Source: Bispira polyomma (lineage: Eukaryota). From it: a DNA stretch of 64,000 bases. Below are positions 23,297-35,420 of this stretch, in pieces. The notes beneath the pieces were generated by a model. It saw only the letters and a program-made list of their open reading frames with translations. It had not been told where the DNA came from and made no database searches. Both the position numbers and the translations under genes were made by a program. The stretch spans positions 31,496,001 through 31,560,000 of the forward strand of contig OZ287755.1 of NCBI GenBank assembly GCA_965649765.1, written 5' to 3'. Numbering within the stretch: the stretch's first letter is position 1; the number at the start of each line of letters is the position of its first letter.

Positions 23297-24709
23297 ATGG
23301 AATATACTGGAAACAGCACAACTAATGTGTCATTATTTTTTAACCAAAGTGATATAAATAATTATACCAATGACAACAGCAGTAATAATGTCTCCCTTGG
23401 ATACCATACGGATGACAGTGAGAACGAACAAGGGAGTACCTTCTACGACAACAACTTCACAGATATATCTAATATCATATTAAAGTATATCTCTACCCCG
23501 GTGTCAGTGTTTGGAATCCTAGGCAACCTGTTGACATTGACCGTACTGACCAGAAAAAGCCTTAAGATCACCATGATGACCATGGAGAGGAGTTCCCATG
23601 AGGGACTCACAGCTTTGTCTGTGTCTGATCTTTTTTACTGCATCACCATCTTACCAGTGGTCACCATGGGCAAGAGCAAGAACAACCCTTACTTCCCCAT
23701 CTACCTGGAGAAGAACTTTGACATCATCTACAACGTCTACCATAATGCAGTGGTGAACGTCTTCCTTGCGACCAGTACCTGGCTCACCGTCATGATGGCA
23801 GCACAGAGGTACCTTGCCATCTGCCATCCAATCAAAGCTCGACAGCTCATCGATTACAAGTACACTCGACTCATCATTATATTCATCTTCTTCTGCGCGC
23901 TGTTCCTGAACATCCCCAGGTTTTGGGAATGCGAAATTATTAGCGCGCCGTGCATGAGACTAGGGAAAGAGAAGTATTGCGCTAAAGGACCATATATTTA
24001 TGCGGCTATTGCAGGACCATTGAAGCGCCACAAAGCTCAGGATATTTACAATATGGTCTTCTTCATTCTGTCTATATTCCTGCCACTCATGGTCTTAACG
24101 TTTTGCAATGTGAACCTCATCAGAACTTTACGGAAATCTACACGACTGCGAAGAAATTCGAGTAGCATTGGGTTCCGTTCAGATTTGAGCGATGGCACAC
24201 ATCGCATTACATTAACACTGATTATCATAGTAATGATGTTTAGTTTGCTGGTAGCTCCAGGAGAAATCTCAAACTTTGTCTGGTCTGCTTTGGACGACAA
24301 CTCACAAGCTACTGCTGTAAGAGTAAATTTCAGTGCCGCGGTCCTGGACCTTCTTCAGCGGATAAATTTCTCGTTCAATTTCATCCTGTACTGTGCTATA
24401 AACACTCACTTTCGCAGGACATTGTATCACCTGTTTTTCTGCAAGTGTAAATCTTCAAACAGCCGTAGCAGCAGTGCGACAAAGAGGTCATTCCTGAACC
24501 TTCCCACAGTTGTCCAGAATAATAGGTCCCATAGCATGGATGCCATGTTTATGACAAGTGATAACAGAAACTCCATCAAGGGAAGCAGCAGTTCTGGTAA
24601 CAGCAATGTCATAACACAGGGTGACTACAGAATGGTGTTGTTAAAAACCAAAAGCTGTGACCAAATGGAGAGAATACACACTGGAATTGTACTAGACAAA
24701 CATTATTGA
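23297..24709 (+). CDS. Class A (rhodopsin-like) neuropeptide GPCR, FMRFamide/sex-peptide/myosuppressin receptor-like, single coding exon, 470 aa
   Basis: N-terminus rich in N-x-S/T. TM1 GILGN, TM2 LSVSDL, TM3 AQRYLAICHP, TM4 LNIPRFWE, TM5 IFLPLMVLTFCN, TM6 FSLLVAP, TM7 NFSFNFILYC; helix 8 FRRTL then FFCKC; Ser-rich tail; AATAAA at 24836. Confidence 0.93.
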   Translation: MEYTGNSTTNVSLFFNQSDINNYTNDNSSNNVSLGYHTDDSENEQGSTFYDNNFTDISNIILKYISTPVSVFGILGNLLTLTVLTRKSLKITMMTMERSSHEGLTALSVSDLFYCITILPVVTMGKSKNNPYFPIYLEKNFDIIYNVYHNAVVNVFLATSTWLTVMMAAQRYLAICHPIKARQLIDYKYTRLIIIFIFFCALFLNIPRFWECEIISAPCMRLGKEKYCAKGPYIYAAIAGPLKRHKAQDIYNMVFFILSIFLPLMVLTFCNVNLIRTLRKSTRLRRNSSSIGFRSDLSDGTHRITLTLIIIVMMFSLLVAPGEISNFVWSALDDNSQATAVRVNFSAAVLDLLQRINFSFNFILYCAINTHFRRTLYHLFFCKCKSSNSRSSSATKRSFLNLPTVVQNNRSHSMDAMFMTSDNRNSIKGSSSSGNSNVITQGDYRMVLLKTKSCDQMERIHTGIVLDKHY

Positions 24710-27436
24710 CCAGATGTAAATATTATATAGATATATATATATATAAAAATGCATTTATGTGGTACTTCTCCAGACTACTTGTATATATAGACTGTAAATA
24801 GGTTGTATCATTTGCTTAACCTAGTCTAAAATAGCAATAAACAGTAAATATTCTTTGGAATTAATACCTAACTGCTACTGCTAAGTATAATTTTTTTACC
24901 AAGAAAACTATATTTGTCCAAGCAATATATTTCCTGGAAATAAAACCGCAAGAGACCAATTTGATTGTGTCTGTTAGACAATATCTTGGGTAAGAGGACT
25001 GAATCAATAAACATAAGCTATCTGCAGATTATCTAGGCTATTATTCTAACTCGAAACAAGTAAGGAAACTGTACTCAGTGAAGGCACATCCACCCGCCTG
25101 AAAATGTTTCTTTCCACTAGGCTACCACTCTAGTTTAGGTTCGCTTTAATGTTGCTTTCAAAACATTTTGTGTCATATCAGGACGGCCAGTATTTGAAGA
25201 ATACAGTATTTGGTCAAGGGTTTCTACTCTACCAACTGCCGGCCTTCAGAAAGTCTACTGCCTGTCAACTTCTTTTCAACATGTCAGTGCCCAGGCCAAA
25301 ATTATAACCAACGACTGCTATGTGAATGTGTTACCACTGTTTCATTGAGGCACCTGGTTACCACTACCAAAAGAAAACATTTGTCCTATATTATAAAGTT
25401 GTTTATTATACTTGATTTCATTTTTTTCAGAATGTAAACTAGTCAAAGTTAAAGAAATCATTGGAAGTACTTGGTGATCAAATCACTGGAGTCTATCTCT
25501 CTCCTAGCACCAAAACATACACCATTAGTCTATGTCTTGGTGGATTCTTTCATTTTTTCCAACTACAAATGTTGTTTGCCTGTATCTATCTGTCACTAGC
25601 ATCAAAACAGAAACTACTTAACCTAAATTGCATGGGCTTTGGTTGATGGATAAAACATGTGTTAGACTAGACTCCGCTTAATTCTGGAATGGATTACAGA
25701 ACTAGTTAGTCTAGTTAAAATGGCTGATTGAGAATAGTGGTGCCTGTGAAGACATATCGCCTCTCCCCAAAAAAAGAAAAATTTGCAGATTGCATCATAA
25801 CCGAAATGACCTGCTATATAGATGCCATACTCTAATTAGAAATTTGTTGTATATACTTTACACTGAAGACAAATTCAAACACCTATTTGTAATTTTTTAT
25901 TGATGTTGTCATATTAAAAAGTGTTCATTTCCCTCCAGGGTTCAAACCAAAACACAAAATTGGGTGAATGAAGGGTGAATGAAGCTGCAAACAAAATTGT
26001 ATATGTGATAAATATTACTATATTTAGTATTCTTTTCGATAACCTCTATTAAACCTACAAGTCTAGTAAGCCACTTTTTATGTTCTAGATGTGGTCATGT
26101 GAACCAATGCTATCATGAACCGCCATATACCACAACCATCATTACCAACACAGACCCAATCTATCAAATATAACCTACAAATGAATGTGTTATTGGCAAC
26201 CACATTTTCATAAGGCTGCTTGTGCTGAGGGAGCCAATGTGATAAATGGAAAAATCCCCAAATGTTTCATCCCTGAGTTAATGCACCACGCTAGATATTT
26301 TAAATGTTGACTACGATAATTTGCTTAGGGATATTGATTAACATGTGTCATCTTTTTAAGCTCTTAAATGTTCTAATACCAAAATGTATTTCTAAAAGAC
26401 CATCAGAGTAATATCGGATACTCGTGACAATTAATTTGCAACTGAACTAGAAATTATGTCAAATGGTCCCACTTAAGTATAGGATAGGCTCCAGGTTAGC
26501 ATTTATTCCATGGAAATAGACTACGAGGTCCCTAAATCAAACGTCAACAGATAATTAATGTTTACACAATCTTACATCTTTGTAATGACACAGGCAAGTG
26601 TATACACTTTCAAAATACTCTTTTTCAGATTCCCAATTTAAATTGCGTCCTTGCTCAATTTGTTATCATGTCCATAACAGAGGCTGATAATAAAAGATTA
26701 ATAGAGATGAAAGTTTAATAAGCAAATATCGCATGTAAGTTCCAAAGTAGAACTAAACATGTCTACTTGCCTGACCAAAATAGAAACAACAATCTCCCCC
26801 ATTATCAATCAGTGTAGGGTAAAAATTGTTCCAGACCTACAACCTTTATTAAAAAAGGAAGTAGGCACAGTTGTAAAACATCTATATTATCAGTACAAAC
26901 AAAAATACCCTGAGCTATTCGTACTTGACAGCATAAAATAAGTTTAAAGATTTGATAATTTCGAACCCTAGGTTGTCAACTAGAAGTGGACGGCATTTCT
27001 TACTCCTAGAACCTCTGTCTGTCGGCAAGCAGTCAATATCCCCCAAAATAATATTTCATTTTCTTTCAGTTCCTCGCAAATAGGAAATTATTAGTACGGT
27101 AAAATCAGCCATAAAAAATTATATGGGGGAGGAGTTACTATTGACTGCCCGAAGTAGTCTGTGGTATGTGTTTTAGTGACTCCAACTATCTGTAACCTAT
27201 TACCCGAGAAATTTCCTTAAGTTCTCGGTGATAGTTTTTTCTTCATGTCGCAACGGTTAATTCCATGCATAAGGATCCTCACATACATTGTAAATTGTAT
27301 CCATGTCCAATGTACGTTTGTCTTTCTTAGCCTGGATGATATCCACACATTCCCTGGGGGTTGCAATTGTAGGCAATTAGGACAACATTAGGAGGAGCAT
27401 AATAATGAATATTTCCATCTTACATTGAGCACATGA

Positions 27437-27687
27437 ATTGAATTTGGATATTTAACGTCCACTCTAGTACCTGTTTTAGGTTATATTGGAACGGGTAGTT
27501 GGTAACGCTGGAGGAAACACTGCATACAGTTGATCAAGGTTCTGCAGAGAAACCAGCGGCCCACGGTAAGGAACTACCACCTTTCCCACATAGGCATCAA
27601 CGGGATTCGAACTCACGCTGCCCAGAGGTGAGAGACCAGTGATTGTGAAGCGAAATGCTTGCTAACCACTAGGCCACCGCGGCCCCC
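27437..27687 (-). mobile_element. tRNA-derived SINE (family A)
   Basis: TSD attgagcacatga at 27424-27436 and 27688-27700; empty site in copy B near 31053. Confidence 0.92.
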
Positions 27688-29007
27688 ATTGAGCACATGA
27701 TTAGTGTTATATCTAATCTCTCAATGTGCTCAGCATCCTAATAAAATAAAATATAACAGTAATCAAAACATCATAGGTTGAGCAGAGAAATGATTACACT
27801 GCTGTGAACAAGTGTTGTCTTTTTTAAAAAGACATTGGCGCACAAGTGTGACTGACACCCTTAAGTTTGGCCAGGTCCATTGCTTGCAACCAATCCATGA
27901 AGGCGTTACATATTTTTAAGATGGCCGTACCCTTTTCAGAATAAAATCAGTTTCAGGGCGCTTGATAAAAAAGTGCCCAGTAAATCTGAAGGAACATTTT
28001 GCTTAAGCAGTTTTAGCCCAAAATAGTGGCCAAGCTCAGACCAGTGGTTACATCAGGTTGTAACTCGTCAGGTCTGTTCAGTTAAATATTCTATGTAAAC
28101 CACTGTCTTAACACTGTTTGGACAGCTGCATGTACTTGGGGGATGCCCAACCCTTTCATAGGATTGTCTGGCATCCATTACCAAAAAAATACTATGCAAG
28201 TGGCATGTATATGTCTTATCTAGAGGTGAGCTTGCAACAAATTTTGTCACAGGAATATCACATTTGACACGCGTTAAGAGTTTATCTTCACTTTCAAAAA
28301 ACTTATGTCATAACAATAAAGTCAACATATATTACAAAAGAATGAATAACTTTTAATAAGCAACCAGTTTATTTAAAAATTATTGGTTACATTATTGTTT
28401 TGTGCACTGCATAATAGGCAACACTATGCAAATGACAGCAAAGATAATCTCCACTCAGAGTTGTTTTTGCAGAGTTCATTAACTTTATTTTTAAATGCAT
28501 GAGTCAGCTGAGCTGATATAATGATCTAATTGAAATACACATCCTTGAATATAACTTTGACCTTTACTCTAATGCGTCATTAAAAATACTATAATTTCTT
28601 GTTTTTTTTTGTTTGTTTAATGACTCCTCTCACACAGTAAAGGAGTGACACAATGTTTTACATTGCTTTTCAATATGAAATATGATATTTAATATTTCCT
28701 ATCATTTCTGTGTTACATAAAAACAATATCCTGTATTAAATATATTTGTCATGTCTTAAGGCTAAATTGTGCAAATTGACAAACTCATAAATTTTGATAG
28801 AATATTCATAAGGGAAGTAATACAAATAAATGTAAAACCTCCAAAACACCAAAGCCAAATCTCCATACATTTAAATCTACTTTGTCCTAAATATAATATA
28901 TGTTGCTAAGTGTTCTTGCAACCTATCATTGGGAACATGATTTATGCGAACAAAGAGCTTGTACTGGGAACCTAGCATTGTAGAATGACGGAATTATTTT
29001 CCCCTTA

Positions 29008-29235
29008 AGTGTGCCACAGTGGCCTAGTGGTTAGAAATGTCTGTTTCACAATCCCTGGCCTCTTACCAATGTGCTTTTTGAATCCAGTTCTTTCCTTATT
29101 GTGTCAAAGTTTGTCAGGTACTTGCAGTGGGTTGGTGGTTTACAATGCTTCAGCACTGGTCTCTTCCTCCATTAAATCTGGCCAAAGTGATATGACCCAA
29201 GTTGTTAAAAGTTACATCATAAACCTCAACTAAAT
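29008..29235 (+). mobile_element. SINE family B copy (paralog at 32623-32830)
   Basis: gtggcctagtggttag...tggtggtttaca.tgcttcagcactggt; present in both duplication copies. Confidence 0.7.
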
Positions 29236-30772
29236 ATAATAAAGAAAAGTTATACCTTATCAGTTTAAATCACCTTTTGAGCAATAGATCTTATTCTACC
29301 TTATAGCATAGATGACTTTGACAACCTAAATTTATCAGTACAAAGATCAGGCTAGTAATATGACTTGTACTCAGTAAGTAATCATCATCGTGGTTATATT
29401 CTTATTCTTAAGGTATTTTCACTTTTTGATAGCTATATTTCATATTTGTGAAGAGGTTTAAGGACCTTGACAGATAAGAATAATCATATTGTAAATGGCA
29501 CATGGAAATATATTCCTAATTATGCTTCCCATGATTTTGTTTTCTTCTTGCTCATATTCTGTCACAACGTGCCAGCAATTGCTAATCCATCATCCTGTCT
29601 GAGAAAGCTGTGGGTATCGTTGAGGCTAAGAAAGATGAACATACATTGAACATTGATACAATTTTCAACAATATTAGGGACATCATGCATAGAGATAGAC
29701 CTTTAGTTTGATATTGTACTGGTAAAGTAGATACTGAGATAGCATCTTGCCTTATTTTCCTGTATTATTCTATTATTGAGTTATAGGTTTGATTAATGAT
29801 AGAGGACAGACAGATATGTGTAAGAAGGAAACCAATAATAGTTTTGGTATTATTCTGGCACAAATTCTGTCACATTCTGTAAATTTGAAGTCAGGGTTAC
29901 TGTGTTGAATATATACACCATTTCTATTCAATTTTTAGAAGATGAATGTAACAAAAAATGGGTATATATATTCAACATAATAACCTAAACTAGCATTCCC
30001 GATCTAATTTCGGTTGGAAACTCGGCTTTCAAAACATATGTTGGACGTATGGACACATGTTGTTTGTAACTTGACCTTTCCGGAGTGAGGATTTTCTTGA
30101 TGTTGTATGATCATGTTGATGCTCTATATAAATCTATTGTACACTTTAATAATAGTTTTCCTGATAATGGGTTTGCAATATGGAACAGTCTGCATATGTT
30201 TGCTTAACAGTCTGCTTCATGTTTGACAGAAACTCAGACATATTCAGGGTTTTGATGTTTTTTTATTACCAATAAAATCATTCAATTACTGAGGCAGCTG
30301 AGGATATGTCTTAGAATAAAAAAAGCTATATGTGCAGTAAACATCAACCCAAATTACAGTAATGTAAGAGATCTGTCCATAAAATTGGAAACATATGATG
30401 TCAAGTAATGGTGGCTGAGTTTTGGACAGTTTTGCTAGTGTCAAACCCTGGTTATAGATCTGAGAAATGGTTTAGCTTGCTATAGAATTATAGATTTGGG
30501 ATCATTGATTTTTGTTAATTTATATTAATATTCTTCTTAAATACATAAAATTTACTACTCTGATCAACACATCTGAATTATCACTTAACATTTAAAATTT
30601 TCAAACATTACACAGAAATATAATTCACATTTAATCTCATTTCTCTTTTAAAATATTGGCAAGTAGTAAAGTATCTTAAATTATATACAAATATATTTAA
30701 ACCTATCTTTACACTAAGATTAAGTTTCTAGATAAATTAACCATTTCAGTTGAAGAGACACAGCCACAGAAA

Positions 30773-33700
30773 TCTGTGGTGTGTGTTTTAGTGACTCGAC
30801 CTATCTGTAACCTATTACTCAATTTCCTTCAGTTCCTGGTGATAGTTTTTTCTTCCTGTCGAATAGGGTTAATTCCATGCATAAGGACCGTCCCGCTGTA
30901 GTAAATTGTATCCATTTCCAATGTACATTTGTCTTTCTTAGTCTAGTTGATACCTACAGATCCCCTGGGGATTAATGATGAATGGGCAATTGCAGGCAAG
31001 TTGTGACAAAATTATGAGAAGCATAATTATGTTATGAATATTTCCATCTTACATTGGGGGCATGATTATTGTAATATCTTAATCTCTCAATGTGCTCAAC
31101 CTTGTAATAAAATAAAAAATTACAGCCATTAAAACAACATAGAGCACAGAAATGATCACAATGCTGTAAACAGGTGTGTCTTTTTAAAAAGACATTGGTG
31201 CACAGTGTGACTGACACCCTTGAGTTTGGCCATTGCTTACAACCATTCCATGAAGGCATTACATATTTCTGAGATGGTCGCACACTTTCCAGAATATAAT
31301 CAACTTCAGGGCTCCTTATAAAGAAGTGCCATGTAAATTTCACCTATGGTAAATGCTGTGTAGCATATATATCAATTCCCACCTAACATAGATATGGTAA
31401 AGACACCATTATAACTGAATTTTAAAGGAGCATTGTATAGGAGCAGTGTGAGGCCAAATAGGAACAACCCAAAATAGTGGCCAAGCTCATATTAGTGGTT
31501 GCATTAGGTTGTAGCTCGTCAGGTCTGCTCATTTATATATTCTATGTAAACCACTGTCATTGTCTTGACACCGCATCCAGGGAACACCTGCATGTACATT
31601 GGGGTTTGTCTGTCATAGGATTGTCTGGCAACAATTACCAAAAATAGTCTGAATGAATATGTCTTTAATGGAAGTGATATTGCAAAAATTTTTGTCACAG
31701 CAATATCACATTTGTTAAGAGTTTATCTTCGCTTTCCAAACACTTATGTCATCACAATAAAGTCAAAGGACAGAAAAAACAAATGAATTACTCAAATAGA
31801 ATTGAAAAAAGAAACCAATTAATTTTAAAATTATTGGTTACATTGTTGTTTTGTGCATTGAATCTGAATTTTTAGGCAATACTACACAAAATAGAGCAAA
31901 GTCAAACTCCACACAAATATATTATTGCAGTTTTTTTACTTTATTTTTAAATACCTGAGTCAGCTGAGCTTAACAAAAACATATTAAAGATATAATGATG
32001 TAATTGAAATACACATCCTTAAATATCACTTTGACCTTTACTCTAATACGTCATTAAAAATACTATAATTTCTTGTTTCTTTCTTTAATGACTCTTCTCA
32101 CACAGTAAAGGAGAGACACAATGTTTTCCATTGCTTTTCAATATAAAATATAACATTTAATATTTCCTATCATTTCTGTGTTACATAAAAACAGTATCCT
32201 GTATGGTATCACAATAAGCTAAAAATGAGATAAAAATCATAACTTTGTATTTGATTAAACTATATCTGTCATGTCATAAGGCTAAATTGTGCAATTTGAC
32301 AAACTCATGCATTTTGACAGAATATTCATGAAGGAAGTAATACAAATAAATGTGAAACCTCCAAAACACCAAAGCCAAATCTACATATATTTAAATCTAC
32401 ATTGTCCAAAATATAATATATATTGCTAAGTCTTCTTGTAAACCCATCATTGGGAATATGATTTATGCCAATGAAAAACTTGTACTGGGAACCTAACATT
32501 GTAGAACGATGGAAAAAAGCCCAAATAAAATGGAACAATGTAGTGTTTAAGTGAATTTAATTCAAGAACAATTAAAGGTCTACTCATATAAATACTCACA
32601 GTATATTTTTTTTAAAGTGTAGAGGTGCCATAGTGACCTAGTGGTTAGCTTCACAAGCACTGGCCTCTCATCAATATCGGTTTGAATTCGTTCCTTCATG
32701 TGTCAAAGTTTGTCAGGTACTTGTCATAAATTGGTGGTTTACAGTGCTTCAGCACTGGTTTCTTCCTTAAATCTGGCAAAATTGATAAGACCCAAGTTGT
32801 TGAAAGTTACATTAACCCCAACTAAATAAATTAAAGAAAATCACAAAAACACATCTGCACAGTCTTTATTTTTCTTTTTAGTTATTCCTTAGATATTCCT
32901 TATCAGTTCGAATCACCCTTTAAGCAATAAACCCTATTCTACCTAATAGCATAGATGACCTTAATGACCTAAATTCATCAGTACAAAGATCAGGCTAGTA
33001 ATATGACTTGTAATCACTATGTAATCATCAACTAGGTTTTTGTGGTTATATTCATATTTTGTGAAGGTATTTTCACTTTTGGCTTTATTCCATATTTGTG
33101 AAGATGTTTAAGAACATTGGCAATCATATATTAGATTACACATATGGTCAATATCACATGGAAAAAATATTCCTAATTATGCTTCCCATGGTTTTGTTTT
33201 CTTCTTGCTCATATTCTGTCACACCATGCCAGCAGTTGCCATACCATCTCCCTGTCTGGAAAAGCTGTTGGTATCGTTGAGGCTAACAAAGATGAATATA
33301 CTTTGAACATCGATACAGTTTACAACCATATAAGGGACATTGTGCACAGAGATAGAACTTTAGTTATATATCGTAGTGGTAGTGTAGATACCATCTTGCA
33401 TTATTTTCCTGTATTATTTAAGATTTATGGGTCTGGAGCAATTTTTACCATACAGAGATTAATGATAGAGGAAAGGCAGACAGATATGTGTAGGAAGGAA
33501 ACCCATAATAGTTATTCTGGCAAAAAATCTGTCACAACTTGCCTGTAATTGCCTATCCATCACATCCCCGAGAAAAGCTGTGTGGTATTACTGGGACTAA
33601 AAAAAGACAATCACTATGCACAAGTTGAGCATTAATCACAATTTACAAGAATGTGATGGACATTTTGCAGAAAATTAGGCTTTTAATCTTATCCCATGCT

Positions 33701-35420
33701 GTCAAGTGGGGTGGTGGTTCAATAGTTCTTTCTATACACACTGTAAACACTTGACCTCTTAGATTCATATTCCTGTATCATTAAAAGCGCCTGTTAGATC
33801 AGTTGCTGTGTTTAGTTTTTGCAAAATGTCAAGCTTAACTTAGACTGACTCTCAAATCAAAGATTTCCTTTATCTCTGGCTAGGATGACTGCTATATTAA
33901 TTTACATGGTTACAAGTATTATAGATTATTATCTATATATAGGCCATTCTACATAGTCACCATTTGATTTGAGTTGAGTTTCGTTGGAGAATACATGCAT
34001 TGGAATAGTTTTTAACCTCACGTGGGATTAATCCAGGTTGTCCAGGATTTATTGTTGGCTGTCATGAATTGGATGGCTTGCATGTGCAAGTTCCTTAATT
34101 GACTGGACTAAATCTTAATACCTACTGAACATGTTGTTCACAAATACTTATTCTTAGGGGTTTTTGTATTGTTGCATTCTTAGTTTATAATAAAAAAAAA
34201 GAAACATATTTGAAAACAAGAAGCCATTGCCATTATGCTATATCAATAGAAACAGAAATATATTTGTCTAATATTACAATTATGACCCTATATCTGACTG
34301 GATAACTCTGTGGCTCCATATTACATTGATGACTCTATATCTGACTGTATAACTGTTTCACTTCATATAAACTATATTACTTAATTTTAAAGTGTTTTTT
34401 TTTTTTTTTAAAATATGAAGTTTGTCACTTATAACAATCTAACTAAATGAATATGGTAGTTAGGGGTGCGTATCAGACCAGAAAAACGTATTTCGATATA
34501 TTACGATACGCAGGTCATATACGCGATATGTATTGCGATATATTGCGATTAGGCTTAATATATGGAGTAAGGTGTACATTACTTCAAAATATGAAGTTAT
34601 TGTGTTGAATATACACACCATTTCTATTTAAATTTTAGAAGAAGAATGTAACAAAAAAATGAAAAAAATTCAACATAATAACCTTAACTTCATATTTTAA
34701 AGTAAAGTACACCTTACATGCAATAAAATGAGCCGTTTCTGGCTGATATACTATATATATTAACCCCAATATGACTTCACAAACTAGCACTCCCGATCTA
34801 ATATATGGACTATATCAGCCTCAAAAATGAGGTTTAAACAGGTATTATTTCTTTTATTTCATAAGGTCATCTCATTTTGTCATCTATATTATATACAATA
34901 ACAGTCCCGACTTTGACTTTTCTACGTTCAATCTTTATGGTCGGGGATCTAAATCGGGGATCTAGATCCTATAGGCAACACGTTCGATCCTAGGGCGATA
35001 CATCAGATCCTATCACTAGTAAGTTCGATTCTATCCTGGTTCAAGTAAGAACGGGGTCACTGTCCCTTTCGATTGAAAACGCCGCCAACATTTTTATTTT
35101 GATGCCCAAAAATGGATTTTATTGATTTTTCCGCCCGACCCTTCCGACTTTAAAATGGGGCCCATTTTGCCGATCGACCTTAAAAATAGAACCCCCCTTT
35201 AAGAAATCTATCTATAAAATTTCTTTTTTGTTTTTAATTTTTTCCAAACATCACACAGAAAGCACAACCATACTTACATTTCATTTTTTCTGTTTATAAT
35301 ATTGGCAAATAGCAAAGTATCTTAAATTATATGCAAATATATTTAAACCTATATTTACACCAAGATTAAGCTTCTAGATAAATTGGCCATTGTAGGGGAA
35401 AGAAAACACAGTCACAGAAA
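30773..35420 (+). repeat. Tandem segmental duplication, copy B (with copy-specific indels)
   Basis: Matching blocks at 28020/31470, 28500/31955, 29100/32700, 29900/34600 and 30650/35300. Confidence 0.85.

Larger units (their letters stand above)
27158..30772 (+). repeat. Tandem segmental duplication, copy A
   Basis: Collinear similarity with 30773-35420 from tctgtggt.tgtgttttagtgactc to acacag.cacagaaat. Confidence 0.85.
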
